A DNA stretch of 64,000 nt. It comes from an uncultured Methanosarcinaceae archaeon. GTDB taxonomy: Archaea; Halobacteriota; Methanosarcinia; Methanosarcinales; Methanosarcinaceae. Numbering within the stretch: position 1 is the stretch's first letter; every line of letters starts with the position of its first letter. Below the pieces are notes generated by a model that did not search any database, was not told the origin of the DNA, and saw only the letters and a program-made list of their open reading frames with translations. Made by a program: the position numbers and the translations under genes. The stretch is from positions 416,001 through 480,000 of the forward strand of contig CAWJYV010000007.1 in the NCBI GenBank assembly GCA_963847185.1, given 5' to 3'. Shown here one piece after another: positions 51,894-61,513 of the stretch.

Positions 51894-53609
51894 ATGGGGG
51901 ACACATTGTCTAAAATTACTAATAATATATTAAATCTTGTAACTTCGATTTCTCTGCTTTTACTGGTTTATAACCTATTTGTTCTCAGGGGAATCCAGCC
52001 TGAGGGGTATATAGTTAATATCTATGAGCAGCTTCCTTTCCACTTCTTCCTGACTTTGCTCTTTTGTTTTCTCTCTGCCTGTATCATGCTTCTTGCATAC
52101 AGAAAGATGAGCGCAGTTCTCATTCTTTTTCTAGTCCATGTTACATTGCTGATTACTCCTCATATGCTTGGTTATGTTTCGGTAGGCAGAGGATCGGAGC
52201 TCTCATATATGGGACTTGTAGGAGAGAGTGGGCTTTTTAGTCTTACCAATGCATCTCCTACCGGTCCCTTATTCGTCTCAGCCCTGGCTCTGGTTTCAGG
52301 GCTGGAGTCATGGACACTTTCATATTTTTTACCCCTCTTTTTTTCAATTTTATTTATCAGCGGAATGTTCCTGTTCTATCGGGCCTTTATGAGCAGGGAA
52401 AAACTGGTTTTAGTAACGTTTTTGTCTTCGCTTATTCCTTATTTTGGACATTTTCAGGTTTCAACGTTTCCATATTACCTATGTTTTTGCCTTGTGCCTC
52501 TCTATCTTTTCGTATTGAGAAATGCACTTGCAGCTAAAAACAGGGGAATGGCTATCTGTCTTCTATTTATGTTACCTTTGATCCCATTATCTTATCCCTT
52601 CATTTTTGCATACCTGGTTTGCTTTTCCCTCTCCCTTGCTATTTCAGGCACAATGCTAAAGAAGGGACTTCTTCGTAAAATTTTAAGCTCCAACCTTCTT
52701 CCCTTTGGTTCTTCCAATTCTACGGGAAAAAAGGTTCCTGTATTTATCTTTCTGTCCTTTACATTTGCAGGCCTCCTGCTCTATTCAAAATATGCGCTTA
52801 ATATCTTCGAAGTCTCCCCCTCAAATCTTGCCTGGCGCTCTGAGATATTAATGAAGGCAGGTTTTTCCTTAATACCGGAAACAAAGGAAAGTTTTTTTGA
52901 ATTAGTGAATCTTTTCAATCTTTATTATGGCAAGTACTACATCCCTTTAATTTTTATCGTAATTAATTCCATCATTGTATGGCAGAATCGTAAAAGGTTT
53001 TGTCAGCATTTTGTCCACAGGTATCCTCGCTTTCTAATCCTTTATATCTCCACTTTTTTCCTGGAGCTTGCCTTCCTTTTAAATCCCTTTGTTCCTTATC
53101 CTCCGGATAGGTTTGTAAACTTGAGTTTTATCATTTTTGCCCAGATACCTTTGCTGGGTTACTCTCTGTATGTTATTTTCCTCAGAAAAGGATATATCCT
53201 TGGCCTTGGCTCGGCGGTCCTTGTTCTTTGCCTTCTCTGGACACTGGGATTCTTCACATGTTTCAGTTCTCCGTATGCCGGCGGAATTTCTGAAGCGGTT
53301 TCACAAAACGAGGTCAATGGAGTTAAATGGTTATTAAAGGTAAATGATAACTCTCCATATATCATGTCATCCGAAGGAAAAGAGCTAAGTGACCTTCCAG
53401 AGAAATTTAGTGGAAATCACAGCATTTTCGAAAAGCCAGTTGAAAACAAACCTTCCTACATAGTAGTTACTACTTTTTCAGAAGCTTTGAACCTGAGTGA
53501 AAGGAAATATAAGGGAATTCCGGATCTTTCAGAAAATAGTCCCCGAAATTATCCCGTATACAAGATTTATGACTCTCTCAACATAGAGATTTATGAATAT
53601 AACCCGTAA
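51894..53609 (+). CDS. Polytopic membrane protein, distantly similar to 44268-46217
   Basis: Many TM helices, EVNGVKWL and C-terminal KIYDS. Confidence 0.7.
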   Translation: MGDTLSKITNNILNLVTSISLLLLVYNLFVLRGIQPEGYIVNIYEQLPFHFFLTLLFCFLSACIMLLAYRKMSAVLILFLVHVTLLITPHMLGYVSVGRGSELSYMGLVGESGLFSLTNASPTGPLFVSALALVSGLESWTLSYFLPLFFSILFISGMFLFYRAFMSREKLVLVTFLSSLIPYFGHFQVSTFPYYLCFCLVPLYLFVLRNALAAKNRGMAICLLFMLPLIPLSYPFIFAYLVCFSLSLAISGTMLKKGLLRKILSSNLLPFGSSNSTGKKVPVFIFLSFTFAGLLLYSKYALNIFEVSPSNLAWRSEILMKAGFSLIPETKESFFELVNLFNLYYGKYYIPLIFIVINSIIVWQNRKRFCQHFVHRYPRFLILYISTFFLELAFLLNPFVPYPPDRFVNLSFIIFAQIPLLGYSLYVIFLRKGYILGLGSAVLVLCLLWTLGFFTCFSSPYAGGISEAVSQNEVNGVKWLLKVNDNSPYIMSSEGKELSDLPEKFSGNHSIFEKPVENKPSYIVVTTFSEALNLSERKYKGIPDLSENSPRNYPVYKIYDSLNIEIYEYNP

Positions 53610-53626
53610 ATTATTTTTTTCCTCTT

Positions 53627-54163
53627 CTACTCCTGTGCTGTAAAACTTTCTTTTATTTTCGATTGGATGTACTTGCCTGTAAGAAGAACAATTATAATTA
53701 ATCCAATTATTTCTGAAATAAAAGTCTGTGTAAATGCCGGGTCATAAGATCTGTTGAAGATTATCATCAGATACTCGATAAAACTTCCGTAAATTTTGTC
53801 TCTTGGAAACTCCCAGCCTAAAAGGGGCCAGAAAAACGCTTCAGGACTATTCCACATCTGATCTTCAAGCAGATGACAAAAAGATGCCCCTGCAATGATA
53901 AGAAGTTTAGATTTCCCATTCCGGTAAAGATAGTATCCCGCCAAACCGAGCAGAGTCGCAAATAAAAGGGTATGTGCAAAGATTCGTCCACTTCCTATGG
54001 TTTCAGCAAGGATTATCCTGCCAAGAGGTTTATCTATAATATCTGGAAAAAGTGATCCTATTACAATATATGGGACAGCTCTTTGAAAGTTCTTTTTTGA
54101 ATACAAATAGTATAAGGAATAAAAAATTCCCAAAGTAATCCCAACATGCCCCAGAACAAACAT
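53627..54163 (-). CDS. Membrane-bound metal-dependent hydrolase (YdjM-like)
   Basis: GH, PDIIDKP, R..AHT and HLLED. Confidence 0.88.
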   Translation of the reverse strand: MFVLGHVGITLGIFYSLYYLYSKKNFQRAVPYIVIGSLFPDIIDKPLGRIILAETIGSGRIFAHTLLFATLLGLAGYYLYRNGKSKLLIIAGASFCHLLEDQMWNSPEAFFWPLLGWEFPRDKIYGSFIEYLMIIFNRSYDPAFTQTFISEIIGLIIIVLLTGKYIQSKIKESFTAQE

Positions 54164-54264
54164 CAGATTAAAAATAGTTTCTTTATTTTAATTACTTTTT
54201 GGCCGGCCTGTCAGGGGGACCTGCCGGCTTAATCTTTTATTTTTATGCCAAACTGATAATATTC

Positions 54265-54969
54265 TCAGGCCTGGCATTCAGCTACAAGCTTTTCTACCAG
54301 TTCCTGGCGGATAGCAGTTCTTCTGTCTCCCCCACAGACCATACCCCGGACGCCGATAATGTCGGGTCCGATCCTTTCAAGCATTGGCAGGTCCTCAAAT
54401 TTCAGGGACCCTGCAATTGCATTTTCAAGTCCGTGTTCATGAGCAAGATCAGTGAACTTTTTAAGTGTTTTTTCATCCATGAATTCAAAGGTGGATTTTC
54501 CGTCTTTGATTGCAGTATCCACCATTACTACATCTATCCCAGCCTCTGCGGCAATTGCAGGAAGTAATAGAGGAGAAATTGAATTGATGCGTTTGTAGTC
54601 CGAATATCCTGAAGCAACAACTCTCTTTGTCGAGTCATAATCCTTTACAGCCTGTGTTACTTTCGTAAGAAAATCAAGGGCCTGTTCTTCAGTTTGGATA
54701 TCATAAAGACCCACCTTTATGTAGTCTGCTCCGGCAACTGCCGCTCCAAGGGCTGCAAGAGATGCAGTTCCTGGTTTATAATTAAAATCTCCTATAGTTG
54801 CGCTTATCGGCTGTCTGCCATTTACGGCTTCTTTCACATCTCTGATTATCCATGGGAAATTAGCCCCAAGGGAGCCTTCTTTTGGGTTTTTGACATCCAC
54901 AATGTCTGCGCCGCCTCTGGAAGCAATGATTGCTTCTTCTCTATTGATTGGACTTACAAGCAGTTTCAT
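54265..54969 (-). CDS. mfnB: (5-formylfuran-3-yl)methyl phosphate synthase (methanofuran biosynthesis)
   Basis: LLVSP, DVKNPKEGSLGA, SATIGD, DTAIKDG, AGSL and GVRG. Confidence 0.95.
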   Translation of the reverse strand: MKLLVSPINREEAIIASRGGADIVDVKNPKEGSLGANFPWIIRDVKEAVNGRQPISATIGDFNYKPGTASLAALGAAVAGADYIKVGLYDIQTEEQALDFLTKVTQAVKDYDSTKRVVASGYSDYKRINSISPLLLPAIAAEAGIDVVMVDTAIKDGKSTFEFMDEKTLKKFTDLAHEHGLENAIAGSLKFEDLPMLERIGPDIIGVRGMVCGGDRRTAIRQELVEKLVAECQA

Positions 54970-55082
54970 AAAAATCCTCTAACTGAGCATGGAATTAGAA
55001 TCATTATAATGAATATTTCTCTTTTTATACAATAAATCTTATTTTATATTTTTTTATAGGATGATGCAGCTATGGAATAAGT

Positions 55083-55817
55083 ATGTTCCGAGTAGTCTTT
55101 GTAATGGATATACTTAACCGTAGCGTGGTTCTTGCAAAAGGTGGAGTAAGGGAAAAATACCGTCCGGTTTCTGATTCAAGTGTTGTATGCAGTAACTCGA
55201 ACCCTCTGGATATAGTTGAGGCTTTGCGACCCAGGGAGGTCTATATCGCCGACCTTAACGCTCTCCAGGGCAAGAGGCCTCGTGATACAAATGCCGAAAC
55301 TATCCGCGAAGTCAGTCTAAGGGCAGACACAATGCTTGATTTTGGAGTCTCATCTCCAGAAGAAATAGACAAGGCTCTTTCCATATCAAAGACCGCAATT
55401 GTGGGTACGGAAACAGGCTCTTTTTCAGTGATCAAAGATGCAGCTTTCCGGCACCCTGGCCTTATCAGTGTTAGTATCGATATGAAGCATGGAAAAATCC
55501 TTAAAAAGGATCCTGAAATACCTGAGAGCCCTTTTGAAATCGTAAAATTACTAAACGATCTTCCTCTCAAAGACCTAATTTTCCTTGACCTTGACAGAGT
55601 TGGAACTGCTTCTGGCTTTGATCCTGAATTCCTTCTCAAACTGGTTGAATGTTCCAAGCACAGTGTCCTGCTTGCAGGAGGGGTTCGAAATATGGAAGAC
55701 CTCTTCATTCTCAAAAGACTCGGGATAGAAGGAGCCCTTGTTGCAACTGCAGTTCATTCAGGCCTTGTTTCTCCGGAAGTTCTGAATTCAGGGCTCAAAT
55801 CAGATGGTAAGCAATAA
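55083..55817 (+). CDS. HisA/HisF-related TIM-barrel protein
   Basis: YIADL, GTET, LDLDRVGT, AGGVR and ATAVH. Confidence 0.88.
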   Translation: MFRVVFVMDILNRSVVLAKGGVREKYRPVSDSSVVCSNSNPLDIVEALRPREVYIADLNALQGKRPRDTNAETIREVSLRADTMLDFGVSSPEEIDKALSISKTAIVGTETGSFSVIKDAAFRHPGLISVSIDMKHGKILKKDPEIPESPFEIVKLLNDLPLKDLIFLDLDRVGTASGFDPEFLLKLVECSKHSVLLAGGVRNMEDLFILKRLGIEGALVATAVHSGLVSPEVLNSGLKSDGKQ

Positions 55818-55950
55818 TTCCTACACGTCTGATCATATATCGCAGGAAGGTTTTTACCCTTCCTCATGAGTTTGTATATAGTCTATTGAGTATCGTTATA
55901 TTCAAAAAATGGGTTTTATATAAATACCAAAATATTTCGAGGTTTATATC

Positions 55951-56211
55951 ATGGTAAAGAACAATACTTCTGAAGAAAATGTTGAGGAAACTGCTGAGAT
56001 GAAAAGTGGAGACGGGTACGTAGAAATCAAAATGGGGGGAGGCTGGTACATGACTATTTCCTTAGCTCACAGTGACCGTTACGAAAAAGAGTATGTCGAG
56101 CTTGCAAAAGAGCGCGGAGGAGTAAAGAAATCCAGGTTCAACCTTAACCCTTCACACGTTAGAATGCTCGGGGAAGCCCTTCTTAAATTTGCGGATGATA
56201 ATTCGCTCTAA
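55951..56211 (+). CDS. Small hypothetical protein
   Basis: GAGGT SD; 86-aa ORF with typical codon usage. Confidence 0.8.
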   Translation: MVKNNTSEENVEETAEMKSGDGYVEIKMGGGWYMTISLAHSDRYEKEYVELAKERGGVKKSRFNLNPSHVRMLGEALLKFADDNSL

Positions 56212-56295
56212 CAGGATCTTTCCCTTTTTCCTTTTTCGAGGTTCAATTTACAGGCTGATTTTTTTCTTTTTTATCTTTGATTTCTCTTTACTAAT

Positions 56296-56922
56296 TCAGT
56301 TTGTGCGGAGTAATTCGAGAACTTTTTCTGTTACTTCTTTTTCCAGGCTTTCGGGGGGCTGAGAGGCATCAACTATGATAAAACGCTCAGTATCTTCTTC
56401 TGCGAGTTTCAGGAAGAGCTCTCTTACACTTTGCAAAAATTCTATTTTTTCAAACTTGCTATGATCTCCCCGCTTCCCACAGCGTTCAACTGAAATTTCG
56501 GGCCTGATATCAAAAAGAAATGTCATGTCTGGAATAACAGTCCAGCCTCTATGCAGATTTTTTACCCATTCAAGCGGATTTTCCAGGCGGTTCTTCAGGG
56601 TTACTCCCTGGTAAGCATAACGGCTGTCAGAATAGCGGTCAGAAATCACTGAGTTTCCACTTTCCAGCGTGGGTTTTACAAGCTTTGCCAGATGTTCGGC
56701 ATGGTCAGCCGTAAAAAGGAAGAGCTCGGCAAGCTGGTCAGTATCCGACTGTATGGCCTTTTCCACAGCAATTCCAGTGAGCGTACCTCTTGTCGGCTCC
56801 CTGGTAAATACAGGCTTAAATGTTTTTATTTCCGGGTTGTCCTGAAGTTTCTTTGCAACCGTACTTTTACCTGAACCGTCAATACCTTCAAGTGTAATCA
56901 GTTTGCCTCTCATAATGACCAT
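56296..56922 (-). CDS. tmk: Thymidylate kinase
   Basis: EGIDGSGKST, TREP and DRYSDSRYAYQ. Confidence 0.96.
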   Translation of the reverse strand: MVIMRGKLITLEGIDGSGKSTVAKKLQDNPEIKTFKPVFTREPTRGTLTGIAVEKAIQSDTDQLAELFLFTADHAEHLAKLVKPTLESGNSVISDRYSDSRYAYQGVTLKNRLENPLEWVKNLHRGWTVIPDMTFLFDIRPEISVERCGKRGDHSKFEKIEFLQSVRELFLKLAEEDTERFIIVDASQPPESLEKEVTEKVLELLRTN

Positions 56923-57065
56923 CTTTTTTCTTTAAATATTTTTATTGAAATGTATTATGTGTATTTATACTCTCCAGAGGAATCCCTATTTGGTGGTGAT
57001 TCAGGATAGGAATTCCCGGATAAAATAAGCATCTATTTATGCAATATTAAAAATAGCTTAAAGTA

Positions 57066-57728
57066 ATGACTGTAATAGGAGTAATCACACGAGGTAAATA
57101 CGGGCACCGTTTGATTGAGACCATCAAGGAACACAGCGATTTTTCAGTCGTCACTGCTGACCTTCCTGAGTTCGTGCCCGTTTTCATTGAAGAACCTGAT
57201 GAATTTCTGGAAAATCTGGATTTCGACCGCCGTGTTTTTTCTGCCGAAATTATAATTACTTACTCCCTGCATCCTGACCTGACATTTTCAATTGCGAAGC
57301 TTGCTGCAGAAGCCGGTGTACGCTCCCTCATTATTCCAGGAGGGCCGTCCAAAGCTTCAATCCCTGATCTAAAAAAGATTTCTGAAACTTCGGGCATGGA
57401 CATCGAGGTTGATGAGATTTGCTGCACCCTTGAACCCAACGCCTTCAACAAACCATTCGCAGATCTGTTTGGATCTCCTATCCTGAAAGTAAAAACGAAA
57501 GATGGAAATATTTCAGAAGTTGAAGTTCTAAAAGGAGCTCCTTGCGGAAGTACCTGGCATATGGCAAAAGAAATTGTTGGAACTTCTGTCAAAGACGCCC
57601 CTCCAAAGGCAGGTCTATTGATCCAGCATTATCCCTGCAGGGCGTCGCGTGGTGATCTTGGAGGGATACATGAATCAGGGGAATTGCATAAGCAAGCATT
57701 TATTAAAGCTCTTGAGAGTAAGGATTGA
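57066..57728 (+). CDS. DUF166-family protein
   Basis: LHPDL, ICCTL, FGSP, APCGST, YPCRA and H..GELH. Confidence 0.85.
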   Translation: MTVIGVITRGKYGHRLIETIKEHSDFSVVTADLPEFVPVFIEEPDEFLENLDFDRRVFSAEIIITYSLHPDLTFSIAKLAAEAGVRSLIIPGGPSKASIPDLKKISETSGMDIEVDEICCTLEPNAFNKPFADLFGSPILKVKTKDGNISEVEVLKGAPCGSTWHMAKEIVGTSVKDAPPKAGLLIQHYPCRASRGDLGGIHESGELHKQAFIKALESKD

Positions 57729-57848
57729 TTATATATTGTTTGAAAAAACATATTCTTAATATGCAGGAAAGTAAGAGTCAGTTTTTAATTCTAATAATCT
57801 CTGGCTTTTTACCTATGCTGGCGACCATTAATCTATGGGGGTGAAAAC

Positions 57849-58232
57849 ATTATTTCCCTAACTATATCTGAAGACTCAGGTTCTGAAGATCTTGAGGCAA
57901 TAGCAGTTGCAGTGCATTCGCTGGTTGGGCTTCCCACAACTATTCGTAGTCTCAAAAGAAAAGGACTTCGTCTTGAAAAAGGGGAAGTTCTCGACAGAGA
58001 CTACACAGGGCCTGTACTGGAAGAAGTACTAAAAACCAATAAAGTTGTTCATGAAGTTCCCATAGAAGGCGTATATAAGGGAAAACATGTAGTTGTTACT
58101 CCCATTCGTTCAAAGGACGGAAAAGTTATTGCAGCTCTTGGAATTGTGGACCTGCTAACAACCATTGATCTTCCTTCAGTTTTTAAGGAATATACTTCCG
58201 TGCTGGAAGAAGTCGAAGATGCAAAGAAATAA
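57849..58232 (+). CDS. Stand-alone DUF2111-domain protein
   Basis: AVHSLVGLPTTIRS...DYTGPVLEEVL...GKVIAALGIVDL; homology to the paralog extends upstream of GTG 57912. Confidence 0.85.
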   Translation: MISLTISEDSGSEDLEAIAVAVHSLVGLPTTIRSLKRKGLRLEKGEVLDRDYTGPVLEEVLKTNKVVHEVPIEGVYKGKHVVVTPIRSKDGKVIAALGIVDLLTTIDLPSVFKEYTSVLEEVEDAKK

Positions 58233-58382
58233 AATTGACGATTTAGTGTTTAGTCCTGTTCAGTCCTTTGAGGACGAGTTAAAAAGAGTCCATAATTGGA
58301 GGTTTTGTCCCCATTCTTTTTCTGGGTCTTTTTCTATGCTCCTCCAATCAGGGTTCTGCTTCAAAATCCAGTGTTTTTAGCT

Positions 58383-59213
58383 TTATTCTGGTTTTTCGTA
58401 TAATCTGGTTTTCTTCAGCAGGGTTCCGTTCTTTGCATGGGGCTGCCTGAATACTGTGTCATTTGATTTTTCGATTTCTCTTGCTTGAGCTGCAAGCAGG
58501 GCAGCTGCTCCCATTATTTCATGTCCTGCTGCAGCTGTAAGGCAAACCTGATCGATTTCCTTCAACATGAAACAGGCAGGGAAGTTAACCTGTGCTACTT
58601 TCTCAGCCATGTGAAGGGCAGCAAGAGCCTTTGCCTTTGCGTAGGGGTTTGCAAAACCTCCATGTTCAACACACTTCTCTGGCTTAGCAAAAATGTGTGG
58701 AAGTTCAAGGTCTTTGCCTGACTTTCCGGATGCGATCTGCTGGGTTACTTTGTCCAGCTCTTCCTGGATAAGCCTTACAACGCCGCAGACAGAGAGTACT
58801 TTCATTGCATCAGAGTTGAAAGATGCCATCTCCACGGGATCCAGAAACTCTCTCTTTGCTCCTATGAGGGGGTCTACGGGGAGGATAATATATCCGAAAC
58901 CTTCCTGCTCGAACGCCTCTCTAGCTTCTTTCTTTGTCGGACCGTCAGAGACGATAATGCAGGGTACGTCTTTCCATACTTCACGGGCTGCAGTCGGACC
59001 TGGGGCTGCTGCGTTCGGGCTGATGATCACAACAAAGTCTGCGTTCCACTGCTTGAAACTTTCAGTATCTGCGGCATCAGCAGGGCCCATCTTAGCACCT
59101 GTGCCAAATACCCGTACTGTGATTCCTTCGCGTGCTGCAATTTCATCTTGAATCAGATTGATAACCTGGCTCATTCCCAGGTTGCCCATTTTTATGAATC
59201 CTATGTTGACCAT
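58383..59213 (-). CDS. mtd: F420-dependent methylene-H4MPT dehydrogenase
   Basis: KMGNLG, GTGAKM, SPNAAAPGP, IGAKREFLDPVEMA and NPYAKAKA. Confidence 0.97.
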   Translation of the reverse strand: MVNIGFIKMGNLGMSQVINLIQDEIAAREGITVRVFGTGAKMGPADAADTESFKQWNADFVVIISPNAAAPGPTAAREVWKDVPCIIVSDGPTKKEAREAFEQEGFGYIILPVDPLIGAKREFLDPVEMASFNSDAMKVLSVCGVVRLIQEELDKVTQQIASGKSGKDLELPHIFAKPEKCVEHGGFANPYAKAKALAALHMAEKVAQVNFPACFMLKEIDQVCLTAAAGHEIMGAAALLAAQAREIEKSNDTVFRQPHAKNGTLLKKTRLYEKPE

Positions 59214-59237
59214 TTTTCTCAAAATCCTATGTTGACC
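59197..59237. repeat. Direct repeat AATCCTATGTTGACC x2 spanning the mtd start codon
   Basis: Copies at 59197-59211 and 59223-59237. Confidence 0.85.
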
Positions 59238-59617
59238 TTTTTCTTCAATAGTGGAAATTCCTGAGGGGTTTATAATTCTTTTGGCAATACTACTTCCATA
59301 TCACAGATATTTTATAAATATATACTTTATTTATAATTATTATTCAGTATCTTCTCCTCCTCTCCGAAAAGCTTAAAAGGGATGTGATTTATTTCACTCA
59401 AAAACGTTGACATCAATGCTGTTGTTTTGTGGTTTTGTTTTGCAGAACCCGTATCATAATTTGAAAACATATATCCTTTGGTGGGCTTTTAATGTCAGGG
59501 CAAGTATATTTTACCAGGTTGCGGGGGTACCCCTGAAAAAGGTACACCGGGCAGCATGCCCTTTTTCGGGAACTATCCCGCTATATCTATAGTTATTCAG
59601 GTCCAGGTTTTGATTGA

Positions 59618-60331
59618 GTGAACTGTCCTATGCATAATTCTACTAAAAATACTGAGAATAAAATGATTGTTTTTGATATGGATAGTACCCTTATAGACGC
59701 TGAGACTATCGATGAGCTCGCCAGGGCTGCAGGTGTTGTAAGTAAAGTAGAAGAGATTACGAAGAAAGCGATGTGTGGAGATCTTGATTTCGAGCAGGCG
59801 CTTGTAGAAAGGGTTAAGCTTCTTAAAGGGCTTCCTCTTGAAGCTGCCCTTGATGCGGTAAATCAAATCAACCTTATGCCGGGAGCAGAAGAGCTTATTC
59901 TCTACGTTAAAAAGAAGGGTTATAAAACTGCAATGATCTCCGGTGGATTTACTATTTCTGCCGAACCGGTAGGTAAAGCGCTTGGTATTGATTTTGTCGT
60001 TTCCAATGAACTGCTTGTGAAAGACGGCTTCCTTACGGGAAAAGTTGTCGGCTCCATCACACAAAGTGACTCCAAAGCCGAGGTTTTTGAGGAACTAACA
60101 CGGCTTAATGGGATCCGTCCAGAGCGATGTGTAGTTATCGGGGACGGCGCAAATGACGCCTGTATCTTTGAGAGGGCAGGTTTCGCCATAGCTTTCAATC
60201 CCAAGCCTATCCTGAGGGAATATGCGGATGTGGTCATAAATAAAAAAGATCTTAAAGCCGTTATCCCTGTTCTTGAATCCCTTTCTTATCAATGTCGTAA
60301 TCAGGCACAGCATGTCGACATCGAACATTAG
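59618..60331 (+). CDS. serB: Phosphoserine phosphatase
   Basis: FDMDSTL, ETIDE, ISGGF, GDGAND and AFNPKP. Confidence 0.96.
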   Translation: MNCPMHNSTKNTENKMIVFDMDSTLIDAETIDELARAAGVVSKVEEITKKAMCGDLDFEQALVERVKLLKGLPLEAALDAVNQINLMPGAEELILYVKKKGYKTAMISGGFTISAEPVGKALGIDFVVSNELLVKDGFLTGKVVGSITQSDSKAEVFEELTRLNGIRPERCVVIGDGANDACIFERAGFAIAFNPKPILREYADVVINKKDLKAVIPVLESLSYQCRNQAQHVDIEH

Positions 60332-60380
60332 ACCTACTAAAATGCCAGCTCTTTTGCTGGACCGGGAGGCACAATAAGAG

Positions 60381-61238
60381 ATGCTAAAGGAATTGCAGAA
60401 AAAAAGAACCGATTTGAAGAATATTGCTGAAGAATCCAAGGACAAAAGAAACGCTTTAAATGCAGAGGCCAGTACTCTTGCCGCAAAGCGTAACGACCTT
60501 AACAAGAAGACAAAAGATCTTATCAACGAGGCTCAGGAATTAAAAGTCCTTAGAGACGAGGTCAATGAGAAAGTCAGCGATTGCAAGAATAAGCGCGATG
60601 ACACAAACTCCAGGGCAAATGAACTTTTTGCAAAGGCAGACTCCATCAGAAAACAAAACAATCTTGGTGGACCTTCTATCAAAGCCCTGAGGAAAGATAT
60701 CGACCGTCTTGAATTCGCCCAGCAAACCGAGGTTCTGAGCACAAGCAAGGAAAGAGAGCTCGTCGGCAAGATTACTCAGCTTCAGAAGCAGTATCATATC
60801 AAAAAAGTCCAGCTTGAGGACAACCTTGAACTGAAGAATATTCTGGACGAAGCTCAGCAAATTAGGGACGAAGCCTCAGTATTCCACAACGAGATGGCAG
60901 AGTATGCCAGACAGGCTCAGGAATATCATGAGAAGATGATTACCGCTTTCAAGGAAGCTGACAGAACCAGGGCAGAATCTGACATTGCCCACAGGGAATT
61001 TGTAAAAGCCCAGGAAGCAGCTGACGAGCAGCATAAGGTTTTCATCAATGCCCAGAAAGAAATCCGGGACCTTGATAAAGAGATCTTTAAGCTTAAGAAG
61101 AAAGACAAAGATGGAAAGTCTCGTGTTGTCAAGTCCGAACTTCAGAAAGATGCCAAGTCTATCTTCGAGAAGTTCAAGGGCGGAGCAAAACTCACTACCG
61201 AAGACCTGATGACTCTTCAGAGATCTGGATTAGTCTGA
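60381..61238 (+). CDS. Archaeal coiled-coil protein (COG1340-like)
   Basis: Heptad-rich; LEFAQQT..LS..KERELV; C-terminal GAKLTTEDL. Confidence 0.88.
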   Translation: MLKELQKKRTDLKNIAEESKDKRNALNAEASTLAAKRNDLNKKTKDLINEAQELKVLRDEVNEKVSDCKNKRDDTNSRANELFAKADSIRKQNNLGGPSIKALRKDIDRLEFAQQTEVLSTSKERELVGKITQLQKQYHIKKVQLEDNLELKNILDEAQQIRDEASVFHNEMAEYARQAQEYHEKMITAFKEADRTRAESDIAHREFVKAQEAADEQHKVFINAQKEIRDLDKEIFKLKKKDKDGKSRVVKSELQKDAKSIFEKFKGGAKLTTEDLMTLQRSGLV

Positions 61239-61282
61239 TTCCTCTAACAAAACAGGAGTTTACATTGCTGAAATTTTTTCAG

Positions 61283-61320
61283 TGCGGGTACACGTTACTC
61301 GCATCCTATTTTTCTTTTTG
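61283..61320 (+). terminator. Hairpin plus T-tracts after the serB operon
   Basis: TGCGGGTA/TACTCGCA followed by T runs. Confidence 0.5.
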
Positions 61321-61513
61321 ATTTATCCGGTATTTTCGGCTTTAAAATTTCCACTTTCAGTTTAATTTACTGTTTCTTTATACACAGTTTAAGAGCTTTC
61401 ATAGTGTCCGCTTCTTTTTTTAAATCCATTAAAAGGAGAATCTGGAATAAGAAAGGATTTGGAATAGAAAGATGATTTGAAATAAAGGGAGAGTTTTGAA
61501 CTTGTGTTGTGGT

